64,000 nucleotides of DNA from an uncultured Pelagibacteraceae bacterium (GCA_902522895.1 CABYXD010000001.1:5223-69222), one strand, 5' to 3'. Shown: positions 24,478 to 34,023, counted from the stretch's first letter. The notes: generated by a model not told the origin, from the letters alone. Program-made: numbers and translations.

Positions 24478-25899
24478 TTACTTTTTGCTAACTTTTTTTG
24501 TTGAAGGCTTGGTCTTTGAAGATTTTTTAGGATTATTGCTTACAGATGATTTAGATTTTGATGAAGATTTAGTTTCTTTTATATCTTTAGGATTCATATC
24601 AGTTTCTTGATTTTGAGATGATTTTAAAATTTTTTCTGCTTCATTTTTAGAAATTTCTTTTTTATTTGGTTTGGCCTTTTCTTTAATTAAATTAATTATT
24701 TTTTCTTCATAAACAGTGCCTCTTAAGCTAGCAACAGCTGAAGGGTTTTTTTGATAAAAATCCATTACGATTTTTTCTTGCCCAGGCATCATTCTTAATT
24801 GTTTTTGTATTTCAGCTTGGAGTTCTTGTTCAGTTACTTTTATTTGACTTTGTTCACCAAATTCATTTAAAATCAAACCTGTTTTAATTCTTTTTTTTGC
24901 AACCTCTTCAAAATTTTTTCTGCTTTTTTTTGCATCCTCCTCTGACATACCTTGAGATAAAATTTTTACTTCTTCTTCAATTAAATTATCAGGTATTTCA
25001 TCTACTTTAAATTTTTCTATTTCTTTCAAAATCTGATTTTTAGACAATCTATCTAAAGAATTTTTATATTCCTCATTTATTTGATTAGAAATTAATTTTT
25101 TTAAATCTTCTAGATCTTTAGCACCTAAATTTTTTGCAAAGTCATCATTAATTTTTACTTCTTCTGGTTTTTTTACAGAAATAATTTTACAAGTGAATTT
25201 TGATTTTTTGTTTGATAATTCTTTTTCTGGAAAATTTTCAGGTAATGAAACCTCAACTATTTTTGTATCATCTTTTTTAACGCCGATTAACTGTTTATCA
25301 AAACCTTTTAAAAATAAATCTTTTCCTAGTGTTAATTGAGTATTTTTACCCTCACTACCTTTAAATGGTTTTTCATCTACAGTTGCATTATAATCCAAAA
25401 CAACTAAGTCTCCCTCACTTGCTTTAGTGTCAGCAGTTGCCTCTTTAAAGCTTGGTTGATTTTTTGCTATTTCTTTTATTCTTTTATCTGTTTCAGAAGA
25501 ATCTATTTTAACTGTGTATTGATCAAATTTTATATCTTTAATTGATTTTATATCAATTTTAGGAAGCTCTGTAACAGACATAACATATTCTAATTCTTTA
25601 TCTTCTCCATATGTTTTTAAATCAAGCTTTGGTTGTCCAGCAGGTTTAATTTTATTATCAGCTAATGCTTTTGTTGATGTGTCTTTTAAAACTTTATCTA
25701 GAACCTCGCTAAATAATGCTTTTCCAAATTGTCTTTTCAAAACTTCTTTGGGTACTTTGCCTGGTCTAAAACCTTTTAAATTTACTGTACTTTTTATTTC
25801 CTCATATTTTTCTTCCATATGAGACTCCATAGTTTTTTTATCTATGAAAACTTTAATATCTTTATTTAAACCTTTTTTATTTTCTACAGTAACTTTCAT
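24478..25899 (-). CDS. tig: Trigger factor (Lys/Ser-rich C-terminal tail)
   Basis: GFRPGKVP signature, FKBP-like domain, position upstream of clpP. Confidence 0.96.
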   Translation of the reverse strand: MKVTVENKKGLNKDIKVFIDKKTMESHMEEKYEEIKSTVNLKGFRPGKVPKEVLKRQFGKALFSEVLDKVLKDTSTKALADNKIKPAGQPKLDLKTYGEDKELEYVMSVTELPKIDIKSIKDIKFDQYTVKIDSSETDKRIKEIAKNQPSFKEATADTKASEGDLVVLDYNATVDEKPFKGSEGKNTQLTLGKDLFLKGFDKQLIGVKKDDTKIVEVSLPENFPEKELSNKKSKFTCKIISVKKPEEVKINDDFAKNLGAKDLEDLKKLISNQINEEYKNSLDRLSKNQILKEIEKFKVDEIPDNLIEEEVKILSQGMSEEDAKKSRKNFEEVAKKRIKTGLILNEFGEQSQIKVTEQELQAEIQKQLRMMPGQEKIVMDFYQKNPSAVASLRGTVYEEKIINLIKEKAKPNKKEISKNEAEKILKSSQNQETDMNPKDIKETKSSSKSKSSVSNNPKKSSKTKPSTKKVSKK

Positions 25900-25910
25900 A
25901 ATTTAAATTA

Positions 25911-25995
25911 TGGTAGGGCGAAAAGGACTCGAACCTTCACATCCGAAAATATTGGTTCCTAAGACCAACGCGTCTACCAATTCCGCCATCGCCCC
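25911..25995 (-). tRNA. tRNA-Leu (TAG)
   Basis: Reverse complement GGGGCGATGGCGGAATTGGTAGACGCGTTGGTCTTAGGAACCAA...GGTTCGAGTCC..CCCTACCA; long variable arm, 85 nt. Confidence 0.96.
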
Positions 25996-26091
25996 ACAAA
26001 TTAAGGCGTTTTATATATTATTGAATTTATTTGTCCAACGACAAATATTGTAAATTTTATTAAAATTCCTTTATAATCATTGCAGTAAACA

Positions 26092-26343
26092 ATGATTATT
26101 TCACCTTGTATTAGTATTTGTAGAACAGATCCAAAAACAGGTTACTGTTATGGATGTGGAAGAAATAATGAAGAAAAAAAAATTTGGAAGCTTGAAGATA
26201 CAACAGATGATTGGAAAAAAAACAACCTAGAAGATATTAAAAAAAGATTAGCAGGTTGGCAGTTAAAAAGTTTTGAAGAGTCCTATACATATAAAATTGA
26301 AAATGGTATTTCTTTATTTAAAAAAAATTTAAAAAATGAATAA
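26092..26343 (+). CDS. DUF1289-family Cys-rich protein
   Basis: SPCISIC...GYCYGCGR..EE...W motif. Confidence 0.85.
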   Translation: MIISPCISICRTDPKTGYCYGCGRNNEEKKIWKLEDTTDDWKKNNLEDIKKRLAGWQLKSFEESYTYKIENGISLFKKNLKNE

Positions 26344-26509
26344 AACTACAATTATAATTATTATATATATTATAGGACTTATTTTTGGAGCTTTAGTGCT
26401 TGATATATGGGGCGCTGAAACAAGTGTTTTTAAAGGTCTTTTGGGTTTGGCTTGGACAGCTTTACTTTTAATAGGTTTATTTTTTGCTGAAAAAGATGAA
26501 AATAATTAA
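26336..26509 (+). CDS. Small membrane protein, 57 aa (not in ORF track)
   Basis: Manual translation MNKTTIIIIIYIIGLIFGALVLDIWGAETSVFKGLLGLAWTALLLIGLFFAEKDENN; two hydrophobic segments; overlaps both neighbours. Confidence 0.72.
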   Translation: MNKTTIIIIIYIIGLIFGALVLDIWGAETSVFKGLLGLAWTALLLIGLFFAEKDENN

Positions 26510-26915
26510 GTTAATTTATTTAACTTTTGGATTATTAATCGCATCAGATTCATTAGCAGAAAAAATTATTTTAAGCTCATGTGATAACGAAAAAGATACT
26601 TTTTTAAAAAATGAATACATTTTGGATTTAAATCAATCGGTAATGACAAGAAACTATATTTATGACGAAAAAACCTATAAAAAATATAAGATTAACGATT
26701 TATCAGTCAAAAAAAAAAATAGAATAGAAAGATCTATTTATAAAGATGGTAAAAAAATATTTACTGAAAAGTTAGGCTACCCGCAGTTTTTTACTCAATT
26801 AGTTTTTGAAATTGATAATCCTGTAATAAAGATTAAAACAGTAATCAATAATGAAGAAGGGATTGATTTACTTTCAGCTTGTAAAAAGATAGAAAGATTT
26901 AAAGAAGAAAGTTAA
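26496..26915 (+). CDS. Hypothetical exported protein
   Basis: ATG at 26496 gives signal-peptide-like MKIIKLIYLTFGLLIASDSLA; two Cys near the termini. Confidence 0.7.
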   Translation: MKIIKLIYLTFGLLIASDSLAEKIILSSCDNEKDTFLKNEYILDLNQSVMTRNYIYDEKTYKKYKINDLSVKKKNRIERSIYKDGKKIFTEKLGYPQFFTQLVFEIDNPVIKIKTVINNEEGIDLLSACKKIERFKEES

Positions 26916-27037
26916 TTTTTTTTTTTATTTTTTATAAAAAATTTTTTTTTTATTTCAAATTTCTTGTTAGAGATATTACTTCTATGTTTAGCAAAAGCTT
27001 GTTTTTGTGCCTGTTTCATTGCTTTTTTTGAAGACAT
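26912..27037 (-). CDS. Small Lys-rich protein, 41 aa (not in ORF track)
   Basis: Manual translation MSSKKAMKQAQKQAFAKHRSNISNKKFEIKKKFFIKNKKKN; starts 5 nt after the upstream gene's stop and fills the gap. Confidence 0.5.
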   Translation of the reverse strand: MSSKKAMKQAQKQAFAKHRSNISNKKFEIKKKFFIKNKKKN

Positions 27038-27042
27038 GATAA

Positions 27043-27600
27043 TTAAAAATTAATTTCTACACTTCCTATTTTGTTAAAATTTTTATCAGATATAACTATT
27101 TCACCTGATGAAGGAGCATAACCTAAAACTTCTGATATTAAAACATAATGAGTTATTAAAATTAAATTTTTTTTACTATCAAATTTTTTAATATAATCTC
27201 TCAATTCTTTTACTTGTTTATTCTTATTTTTTGCAAATTTTAAACTATAAAAAGAATTTAAGAAATTTTTAGTTGAAAATTTATTAAATGCTATTTTTGC
27301 TGTATCTTTACATCTACACCACTCACTTGATAAAACTTTATCTATTTTAATTTTATTTTTTTTAAAAAATTTACCAATATTCTGAGCTTGTTTTCTTCCT
27401 TTATCATTCAAATTTCTTTGAGTTGAACAATCGTTGAGATTGAAATTATATGGATCACCACTTCCAGGTGCATATGCATGTCTTATAAATATTAATTTTC
27501 CTCCGATCTCGAGTTGATTTATTAGTTTTTTATTTAAATCTGCTTTAACAGATGTTGTTAAAGATATAAATATTATAAATAAATAATTAAAAAATTTCAT
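27043..27600 (-). CDS. Histidine phosphatase superfamily protein, exported
   Basis: IRHA motif, QRNL..G, SS..CRC..TA, LITH; N-terminal signal peptide. Confidence 0.85.
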   Translation of the reverse strand: MKFFNYLFIIFISLTTSVKADLNKKLINQLEIGGKLIFIRHAYAPGSGDPYNFNLNDCSTQRNLNDKGRKQAQNIGKFFKKNKIKIDKVLSSEWCRCKDTAKIAFNKFSTKNFLNSFYSLKFAKNKNKQVKELRDYIKKFDSKKNLILITHYVLISEVLGYAPSSGEIVISDKNFNKIGSVEINF

Positions 27601-27603
27601 TTT

Positions 27604-28284
27604 ATGGATATTAGATTAAACGATTTAAACAAAACAATAGTAAATTGTAAAAAATGTCCTCGATTAGTAAAATTTATTAATAAAGTAAGTACTAATAAAA
27701 GAAAACAAAACATGGATGAAATTTATTGGGGCAAACCTGTTCCTGGTTTTGGAAATTCAGACTCAAAATTAGCTATTATTGGTTTAGCTCCAGCTGCACA
27801 TGGTGGTACTAGAACTGGAAGAGCTTTTACTGGAGATAAATCAGGAGATTTTTTATTTAAGTGCTTACATGAAGTTGGAATATCAAATACCCCTTTTTCA
27901 ATAAATTTAAATGATAACTTAAAATTAAAATCAACTTATATAACGAATATACTTAAATGTGTACCTCCTGAAGATAAACCTCTTAGTAATGAAATTTCTA
28001 ACTGTTCTAACTTTTTTGATGAAGAAATTTTATCTTTAAAAAAACTTAAAGTTATTGTTACATTAGGTAAAGTAGCTTTTGACAACTGTATGAAATTATA
28101 TAAACAAAAATTTAAAATAAAAAAAAAATTTATTTTTAAACACGGTAAAATACAATATTTACCAAATGGTTTAATAATACTATCTAGTTATCATCCAAGC
28201 CCAAGAAATGTTAATACAAAATTAATTTCTCACAAGATGATGATAAATTTATTTAAAAAAGCAAAAAAATTAGCTAACTTTTAA
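27604..28284 (+). CDS. Uracil-DNA glycosylase, family 5 (UdgB-like, Fe-S)
   Basis: CKKCPRL, GLAPAAHGGTRTGRAFTGDKSG, SYHPSPRN. Confidence 0.88.
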   Translation: MDIRLNDLNKTIVNCKKCPRLVKFINKVSTNKRKQNMDEIYWGKPVPGFGNSDSKLAIIGLAPAAHGGTRTGRAFTGDKSGDFLFKCLHEVGISNTPFSINLNDNLKLKSTYITNILKCVPPEDKPLSNEISNCSNFFDEEILSLKKLKVIVTLGKVAFDNCMKLYKQKFKIKKKFIFKHGKIQYLPNGLIILSSYHPSPRNVNTKLISHKMMINLFKKAKKLANF

Positions 28285-28696
28285 TGCTGTCACAAAAATA
28301 AGGGACAAATTTCGAGTAAATTTCATCTGGTATTTTTATAGGCTTACCTTCCTCATTAACAAAAACCAAATGAACTTGCGCTTCTACAATCAGTTCTTCT
28401 TTTTTTGTGATAATTTGATTCATAAAAAAAGAAGTCTTGGTAATTGATTTCACAAATGATCTTACTGTTAATTCATCCTCTAAATAAGCCGATTTTTTAT
28501 ATTCAATATTGCAAGACTTAACAATTATTAAAGAATTAAATTGTTCTTTAATTTTGCTATTACTAAATCCAATTGAAAATAAAGCCTCTGTTCTAGCTCT
28601 TTCAAGAAATTTTAAATAATTTGCATAATATACTACTCCACCAGAATCTGTGTCTTCATAATAGATTTTTAATTTATGAAAAAAATTTTCATGCAT
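28274..28696 (-). CDS. ybgC: YbgC/FadM-family acyl-CoA thioesterase
   Basis: YYEDTDSGGVVYYANYLKFLERARTE. Confidence 0.85.
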   Translation of the reverse strand: MHENFFHKLKIYYEDTDSGGVVYYANYLKFLERARTEALFSIGFSNSKIKEQFNSLIIVKSCNIEYKKSAYLEDELTVRSFVKSITKTSFFMNQIITKKEELIVEAQVHLVFVNEEGKPIKIPDEIYSKFVPYFCDSIKS

Positions 28697-28753
28697 TAAA
28701 TAATTATATCAAATAAATAACTATTTTACAGAAAGTAGGATATAAGTAATTAT

Positions 28754-28894
28754 ATGAATATTTTTGTAATATGGCTGGTGATGGTTATAGCTTGGAACTT
28801 TGGTTACCCTCAAGCAAGTCCTCTTGAAGACGTTATTGTAGCTGTAATTCTATCAATATTTAGCACTTTTTTGAAAAAAAACCTTAAAATTTAA
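28754..28894 (+). CDS. Small membrane protein, 46 aa (not in ORF track)
   Basis: Manual translation MNIFVIWLVMVIAWNFGYPQASPLEDVIVAVILSIFSTFLKKNLKI; helical-hairpin pattern; stop abuts the convergent gene. Confidence 0.65.
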   Translation: MNIFVIWLVMVIAWNFGYPQASPLEDVIVAVILSIFSTFLKKNLKI

Positions 28895-29545
28895 TTACTT
28901 AGCAGAAAAATATATATTTTGAAAATATGCAATTGCTTTCATTTTTGAATTATCAGTATCTGACATAATCGCTAAACCATCTAATTCATTTACGTTTAAA
29001 TCATGAAATTTTTTGAAATCTTCTTTAACATTAGCTTTAACTGTAATCCATTCATTAAAATTATTTTTTGTAGTTGCCAAAACATTATCTATAGATTTTT
29101 TTGTATAAGGACTAGGTGAATTAAAACCAACTTTATTATTACTAGAGAATACGTAATTTATTGCTCTGTTTGACAGAGGTGTAGCACCTGTCTTTTTTAC
29201 TGCAAATACTCTTGCTGCAAAATCGTGTCCTTTTTTTGTATTCTCTTTAATACCAGGCAAATCTTTCTCAATTTTCCAGGTAATATTGATAAAAGGAGTT
29301 TTATTAAGATCAATTTTTATCTCTTTTCCTAAACCTGAAGCAGCATTATCAGCCACTGCTTTTAAAAAATTACCATTTTCATTTGATCCTATAGTATAAA
29401 TTGTCTTGTTATCTGCTCCTCTCACCTTTCTTACATCTAATTGAGAAAGTTCTGTCTCTGAAAAGTCAAATACTTTTATTTCATTGGCAAAACCAGTCGA
29501 AATAAATATGAGAAAAGTAATAAAAGCTTTAATTAAAAAATTCAT
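28895..29545 (-). CDS. DUF3047-family exported protein
   Basis: Signal peptide; ASGL, TP.I..TWK, D.AARV, AINYV, AIMSDTDN motifs. Confidence 0.82.
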   Translation of the reverse strand: MNFLIKAFITFLIFISTGFANEIKVFDFSETELSQLDVRKVRGADNKTIYTIGSNENGNFLKAVADNAASGLGKEIKIDLNKTPFINITWKIEKDLPGIKENTKKGHDFAARVFAVKKTGATPLSNRAINYVFSSNNKVGFNSPSPYTKKSIDNVLATTKNNFNEWITVKANVKEDFKKFHDLNVNELDGLAIMSDTDNSKMKAIAYFQNIYFSAK

Positions 29546-29629
29546 AAATTTTTTTCAAAAAATTGTTAATACATTATTTTGACAAGATTTAAACATTCAA
29601 AAATCAACATTGATCTCTATAACATAATT

Positions 29630-29767
29630 ATGAAAACAATTTCTATATTTATACTCTTAATTTACTGGTCAATCATGATTTTTGCACCTGTAATGTCTAA
29701 AGATGTTAAGATGAGTAGAGCTAAAATAAACAATATCAAGACAATAGAACAAAAACCTAGAAGTTAA
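29630..29767 (+). CDS. Small hypothetical protein, 45 aa, single hydrophobic segment
   Basis: ATG at 29630 within track ORF 29579..29767; MKTISIFILLIYWSIMIFAPVMS... Confidence 0.45.
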   Translation: MKTISIFILLIYWSIMIFAPVMSKDVKMSRAKINNIKTIEQKPRS

Positions 29768-30516
29768 TAAGTAGATCGACCACCACTAATATCAAAAACA
29801 GCAGCTGTAGAGAAAGTATTCTCCTCAGATGAAAGCCAACAAACCAGTGAGGTAAACTCTTCAACCTCTAAAAACCTTCCTCTTGGTACTTTTGATAACA
29901 TTCTCTGAACATGTTCTTTTGTCATTTGGTCTAAAATTCGAGTTTTAGCTCCAGCTGGAGTTACTGCATTTACTGCTATATTTTTATCCGCAAGCTCTTT
30001 CCCTAGTGATTTAGTAAGCCCTATTGCTCCCGCTTTACCAGCGCTATATGCGCTTGCATTAGAATTACCATCTTTTCCTGCTACTGATGCAACATTTACA
30101 ATTCTACCATAGTTGTTTTTTATCATATTTGGGACAATTGCCTTGCAACAATTAAAAGTACCCACTAGATTTATATCTACAATTTTCTTCCACATTTCAA
30201 CATCGTATTCCCATAAAGGCGAAGTAGGACCAGTTATACCTGCATTATTGATTAGAATATCAATATTGGAATCTTTTGTAATTTCATTAACACAACCCTC
30301 AACTTCGTTATAGTTTGATACGTCAACAAGATTTGAACTTAAATTTGAATTATTTATATCTTTAAGAGATTTTTCAAGCATTTTGGGATCTATGTCCCAA
30401 ATTATTACTTTTGCACCTGAATTCAAAAATCTTTTAGCAATATCCAGGCCAAAACCTTGAGCACCTCCAGTAATAACTGCAGTTTTATTATCAAAATTAA
30501 AAGTGATTTTTTTCAT
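29764..30516 (-). CDS. Short-chain dehydrogenase/reductase (C-terminal DISGGRSTY subtype)
   Basis: TGGAQGFG, NNAG, YSAGK catalytic motif. Confidence 0.9.
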   Translation of the reverse strand: MKKITFNFDNKTAVITGGAQGFGLDIAKRFLNSGAKVIIWDIDPKMLEKSLKDINNSNLSSNLVDVSNYNEVEGCVNEITKDSNIDILINNAGITGPTSPLWEYDVEMWKKIVDINLVGTFNCCKAIVPNMIKNNYGRIVNVASVAGKDGNSNASAYSAGKAGAIGLTKSLGKELADKNIAVNAVTPAGAKTRILDQMTKEHVQRMLSKVPRGRFLEVEEFTSLVCWLSSEENTFSTAAVFDISGGRSTY

Positions 30517-30520
30517 TCAA

Positions 30521-31978
30521 TTATCTTTTATCAAGTAGATAATATACAAATCCAGCAACTAATGCGCCAATTATCCAAGCATAAGATTGTAAAAACATTA
30601 AATTATAATTCCATATTGTTGATGATGAAAAAATAAAACCTATAGCAACTGAATAAACTGCTTTAATATGCCAACCTTTTGAATAATTTAATGAGCTTTC
30701 TACTGAGAATTTATGTATATCCTTAATCTCAATTTTTGAATTATTAATTAAGTAATAATTTATAATCATTACTCCAGTTATTGGACCAAAAAAAGACCCA
30801 AAAGTATCTATAAAAGAAAGAATTCCAATTTGACTTAATAAAGTTGGCCAGAGAATTCCGATAATAAGCCCAAAAAAACCAATTGTATAACTAACTTTTT
30901 TTAAATTAAGTTTATCAGGGAGATAATTAATTAAAGAATATTGTGATGGTATAAAATTAGCTACTAAATTTGTTGAAGCTGAAGCTATAATAATAAATAG
31001 AAGTGTAATTACTGTTATTTGTAAGTTGTCAAATTTGCCAATTATATCTGTTGGGTTTGTAAATACCCGGTTAATATCCTCAAAATTTTGATTTAAGAAA
31101 ATATCTGCGCCAGCAACAATAAAAACTGCAAAAAAAGAAAAAAATATCATATTAAGTAAAATGGTTAAATTGCCAATTTTTAACTGTCGCTCATCTTTAA
31201 CATAACGAGAAAAGTCACCAAAGCTAATTATAATTATAGAAAAATATGCAAAAATTGTACCAGCTACACTAACTAATGGAGTTAGATTATTATAATCTAA
31301 AAAATTATCAAAATTTAATATTTCTTTAAAAGCTTTAGTTGTTAACTTTACATCAGTTAATAGAATTAAAATAAAAAAAGATACCATCCCAAAATAAACT
31401 GCAATTGCTGATAAATTAATAATTTTTCTATTACTAACCATTCCTTGGCTAAAAATATATATTTGAAATACCATACATAAAATTAATGATGACCAATCAA
31501 TAATATTCATACCCATCAAAAATAACATAAAGATATCTTGATCTAAAATATCATTATCGATAGTGAAAAATAAAATTCTAATTAGATAACTTAAGGCTTT
31601 TGATAAAAAATATGTTTGTATACCAAACATAAAAATTCCAACTACACTTCTTAAAAAACTAAAATATTTAGCACCATTAAATCCCATAGAGGCTCTTAAT
31701 AAAGTACCGAAAGGAAGTCCGTATTTCTGTGAAGGTTTTCCTATTAAGTTAGAAAAAAAATAAACCAAAATAGATCCTATAATGGTTCCAAAAAAAACTA
31801 CAAACAAATTTAAATTATATATTACATATAAAGATGCTATCAAAGAAAAACCAATTATACTTTGAATATTGACTCCCCAAAAACAAAATATATCTTTCCA
31901 ATTCCAATTTTTTGAGTTTGGATTTACTGAAACAAGCTCCCAATTAATAATATTTTCACTGATTTTATTCTGACTCAC
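30521..31978 (-). CDS. NCS1-family (cytosine/purine/allantoin-type) permease
   Basis: About 12 TMs; G.P...YG.PF...LRAS.G, DFSRY, TN..AN motifs. Confidence 0.85.
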   Translation of the reverse strand: MSQNKISENIINWELVSVNPNSKNWNWKDIFCFWGVNIQSIIGFSLIASLYVIYNLNLFVVFFGTIIGSILVYFFSNLIGKPSQKYGLPFGTLLRASMGFNGAKYFSFLRSVVGIFMFGIQTYFLSKALSYLIRILFFTIDNDILDQDIFMLFLMGMNIIDWSSLILCMVFQIYIFSQGMVSNRKIINLSAIAVYFGMVSFFILILLTDVKLTTKAFKEILNFDNFLDYNNLTPLVSVAGTIFAYFSIIIISFGDFSRYVKDERQLKIGNLTILLNMIFFSFFAVFIVAGADIFLNQNFEDINRVFTNPTDIIGKFDNLQITVITLLFIIIASASTNLVANFIPSQYSLINYLPDKLNLKKVSYTIGFFGLIIGILWPTLLSQIGILSFIDTFGSFFGPITGVMIINYYLINNSKIEIKDIHKFSVESSLNYSKGWHIKAVYSVAIGFIFSSSTIWNYNLMFLQSYAWIIGALVAGFVYYLLDKR

Positions 31979-32003
31979 AATTTAGATACTAAACTAATAT
32001 TTT

Positions 32004-33338
32004 TTACTGTCCATATAGAACCGATGGCAACCATAATGCTATTTTTGGAAAAACAATAATTAGAACTAAACCAATTACCTGAATTACCATAAATTGCATC
32101 ATTCCATAATAAATATCCTTCAGATCCCATTCAGGAACAACACCTTTTAGAAAATATGCTGACAAAGCTACTGGTGGAGAAAGCCAGGCAGTTTGCAAAT
32201 TAACCGCCACCAATATTGCAAACCAAGTTAAATTGAATCCTAATGCTTCAATTAAAGGTAAGATTATTGGAACTATGATCATTACTATTGGCACCCACTC
32301 TAAAGGCCATCCTAGTAAAAAAATCATGGCCATTACCATTGCTAAAATCAAATATCTATTCATTTCTAAGTTTAATAAAAAATCAGTTAGTAACATAGGT
32401 GTACCTAGTCTTGAAAAGACAGCTCCAAAAAAGTTTGAAGCTGCAACTAGTACCATTATTAAGGCTGAAATTTCTAAAGTTTTGACTAATGCATCTTGTA
32501 ATTTTTTGAATGTCAATTTTTTATAAGCTACTGCTAAAACTAAAGAACCCATTGCTCCACATCCTGCTGCTTCTGTTGGAGTTGCAAATCCAAAAAGTAT
32601 ACTTCCAAGCGCCGCAAAAACTAATGCTGCTGGTGGAACTAAACCTAAAAAAAATTCAATCCATACATCTTTCATGCTGGTCGCTCTTAACTCGGGAGGT
32701 AAAACAGGTCCTAAACTTGGATTAATCCAACATCTAATTGTAGTATATGCTGCATACAAAGTAGCTAGCAAAACTCCTGGAATAATAGCTGCTGCAAATA
32801 AATCAGTGACAGGAATTTCCATTATTGGTCCCATTACAACAAGCATAATACTTGGAGGAATTAAAATACCTAAAGTTCCGCCAGCAGTAATTGTTCCAGC
32901 TGCCAATCTAACATTATAACCAGATTTATTCATAGATTTTGCTGCCATAATTCCTAAAATTGTAACTGATGCACCAACAATTCCCGTAGCTGCTGCAAAG
33001 ACAACAGACACAAATAATACAGCGTAATACAAAGATCCTCTAACCTTAGCTAGCATTAGTTGAAAAGCTGAAAATAATCTTTCCATTAATCCTGCTTGCT
33101 CCATCATAATACCCATAAAGACAAAGAGTGGGACGGCGGCCAATGTTTGTTCTGTCATGACCATTGAGAATTGTAAGGTCATTAAATAAAATACTAATTT
33201 TCCAAAACCTAAGTAACCAAATACAAAACCCAAAAAAATTAATGTAAATGAAATTGGAAACCCAACAAATATAGAAAAAAGCATCACCCCAATTAGAATA
33301 AAACCTAATATAGCTGGGTCTATAAATTCGGCTAACAT
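32004..33338 (-). CDS. dctM: TRAP transporter large permease
   Basis: AVPLFVFMG, GTLGILIPPS, TPTEAA, NLQTAWLSPP. Confidence 0.94.
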   Translation of the reverse strand: MLAEFIDPAILGFILIGVMLFSIFVGFPISFTLIFLGFVFGYLGFGKLVFYLMTLQFSMVMTEQTLAAVPLFVFMGIMMEQAGLMERLFSAFQLMLAKVRGSLYYAVLFVSVVFAAATGIVGASVTILGIMAAKSMNKSGYNVRLAAGTITAGGTLGILIPPSIMLVVMGPIMEIPVTDLFAAAIIPGVLLATLYAAYTTIRCWINPSLGPVLPPELRATSMKDVWIEFFLGLVPPAALVFAALGSILFGFATPTEAAGCGAMGSLVLAVAYKKLTFKKLQDALVKTLEISALIMVLVAASNFFGAVFSRLGTPMLLTDFLLNLEMNRYLILAMVMAMIFLLGWPLEWVPIVMIIVPIILPLIEALGFNLTWFAILVAVNLQTAWLSPPVALSAYFLKGVVPEWDLKDIYYGMMQFMVIQVIGLVLIIVFPKIALWLPSVLYGQ

Positions 33339-33953
33339 TTAATCTTCTGCTCCTGGCCATTTACCCTTAGTTGCAGCCCAATAACTTTTAAATAATTCTG
33401 AAATCCCCTGTATAAGTAAAAAGACAATACCAAACCATAAAGAAGCTTTAATAGGCCACATTAAAGGCATCCAAGCAGTATCCATTCCTCTTTCACCTCT
33501 CATAATTGACTCTTGAACAAATCCAGTTGTCATATAAAGAAAAACAATTAGACCAGGAAAGTAAAACAAAAGATATAACCAAAAATCTATTTTACCTTGA
33601 GTTTTAGTTTTAAAATTTCGATATAAAAAATCTGCTCTTATATGCACACCTTTTGATAAAGCGTAACCCGCTCCAAGCATAAATAAAGCACCATACATGA
33701 ATCTACTCATGTCATAAGCCCACATTGTTGGAGCTGTGAAAAGTTTTCTAGCTAAAACTTCATAAACCATTGCTAATATTAATGGAATGGTAATCCAACA
33801 AACTATATTTCCTATCCATTTACTGAATGAGTCTATTCTAGTAATTGTTAATGCCATCCATTTTGGCATATCACTTGGCATTGGTCCTGAACCACCTCGC
33901 CTCTCAGCGATCATTTCATCAGTAATATCTAATCTAGTTGGTTTATCGGACAT
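33339..33953 (-). CDS. dctQ: TRAP transporter small permease
   Basis: YEV.AR..F..PT.W, HIRAD; four TMs; lies between dctP and dctM. Confidence 0.92.
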   Translation of the reverse strand: MSDKPTRLDITDEMIAERRGGSGPMPSDMPKWMALTITRIDSFSKWIGNIVCWITIPLILAMVYEVLARKLFTAPTMWAYDMSRFMYGALFMLGAGYALSKGVHIRADFLYRNFKTKTQGKIDFWLYLLFYFPGLIVFLYMTTGFVQESIMRGERGMDTAWMPLMWPIKASLWFGIVFLLIQGISELFKSYWAATKGKWPGAED

Positions 33954-33963
33954 AAATTTCTTT

Positions 33964-34002
33964 AAAAAAAAACTAAAGCGGACTGTTATGTCCGCTTCAG
34001 TT
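33964..34002 (-). terminator. Intrinsic terminator-like hairpin between dctP and dctQ
   Basis: Minus strand AACTGAAGCGGAC-ATAACA-GTCCGCTTTAGTT followed by a T run; 13-bp stem with one G-U pair. Confidence 0.8.
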
Positions 34003-34023
34003 ATAATTATTTTTATCTAAATA

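Noticed and set aside
25911-30000. Genomic island or prophage integrated at tRNA-Leu
   Set aside because: No integrase, phage gene or att-like direct repeat seen
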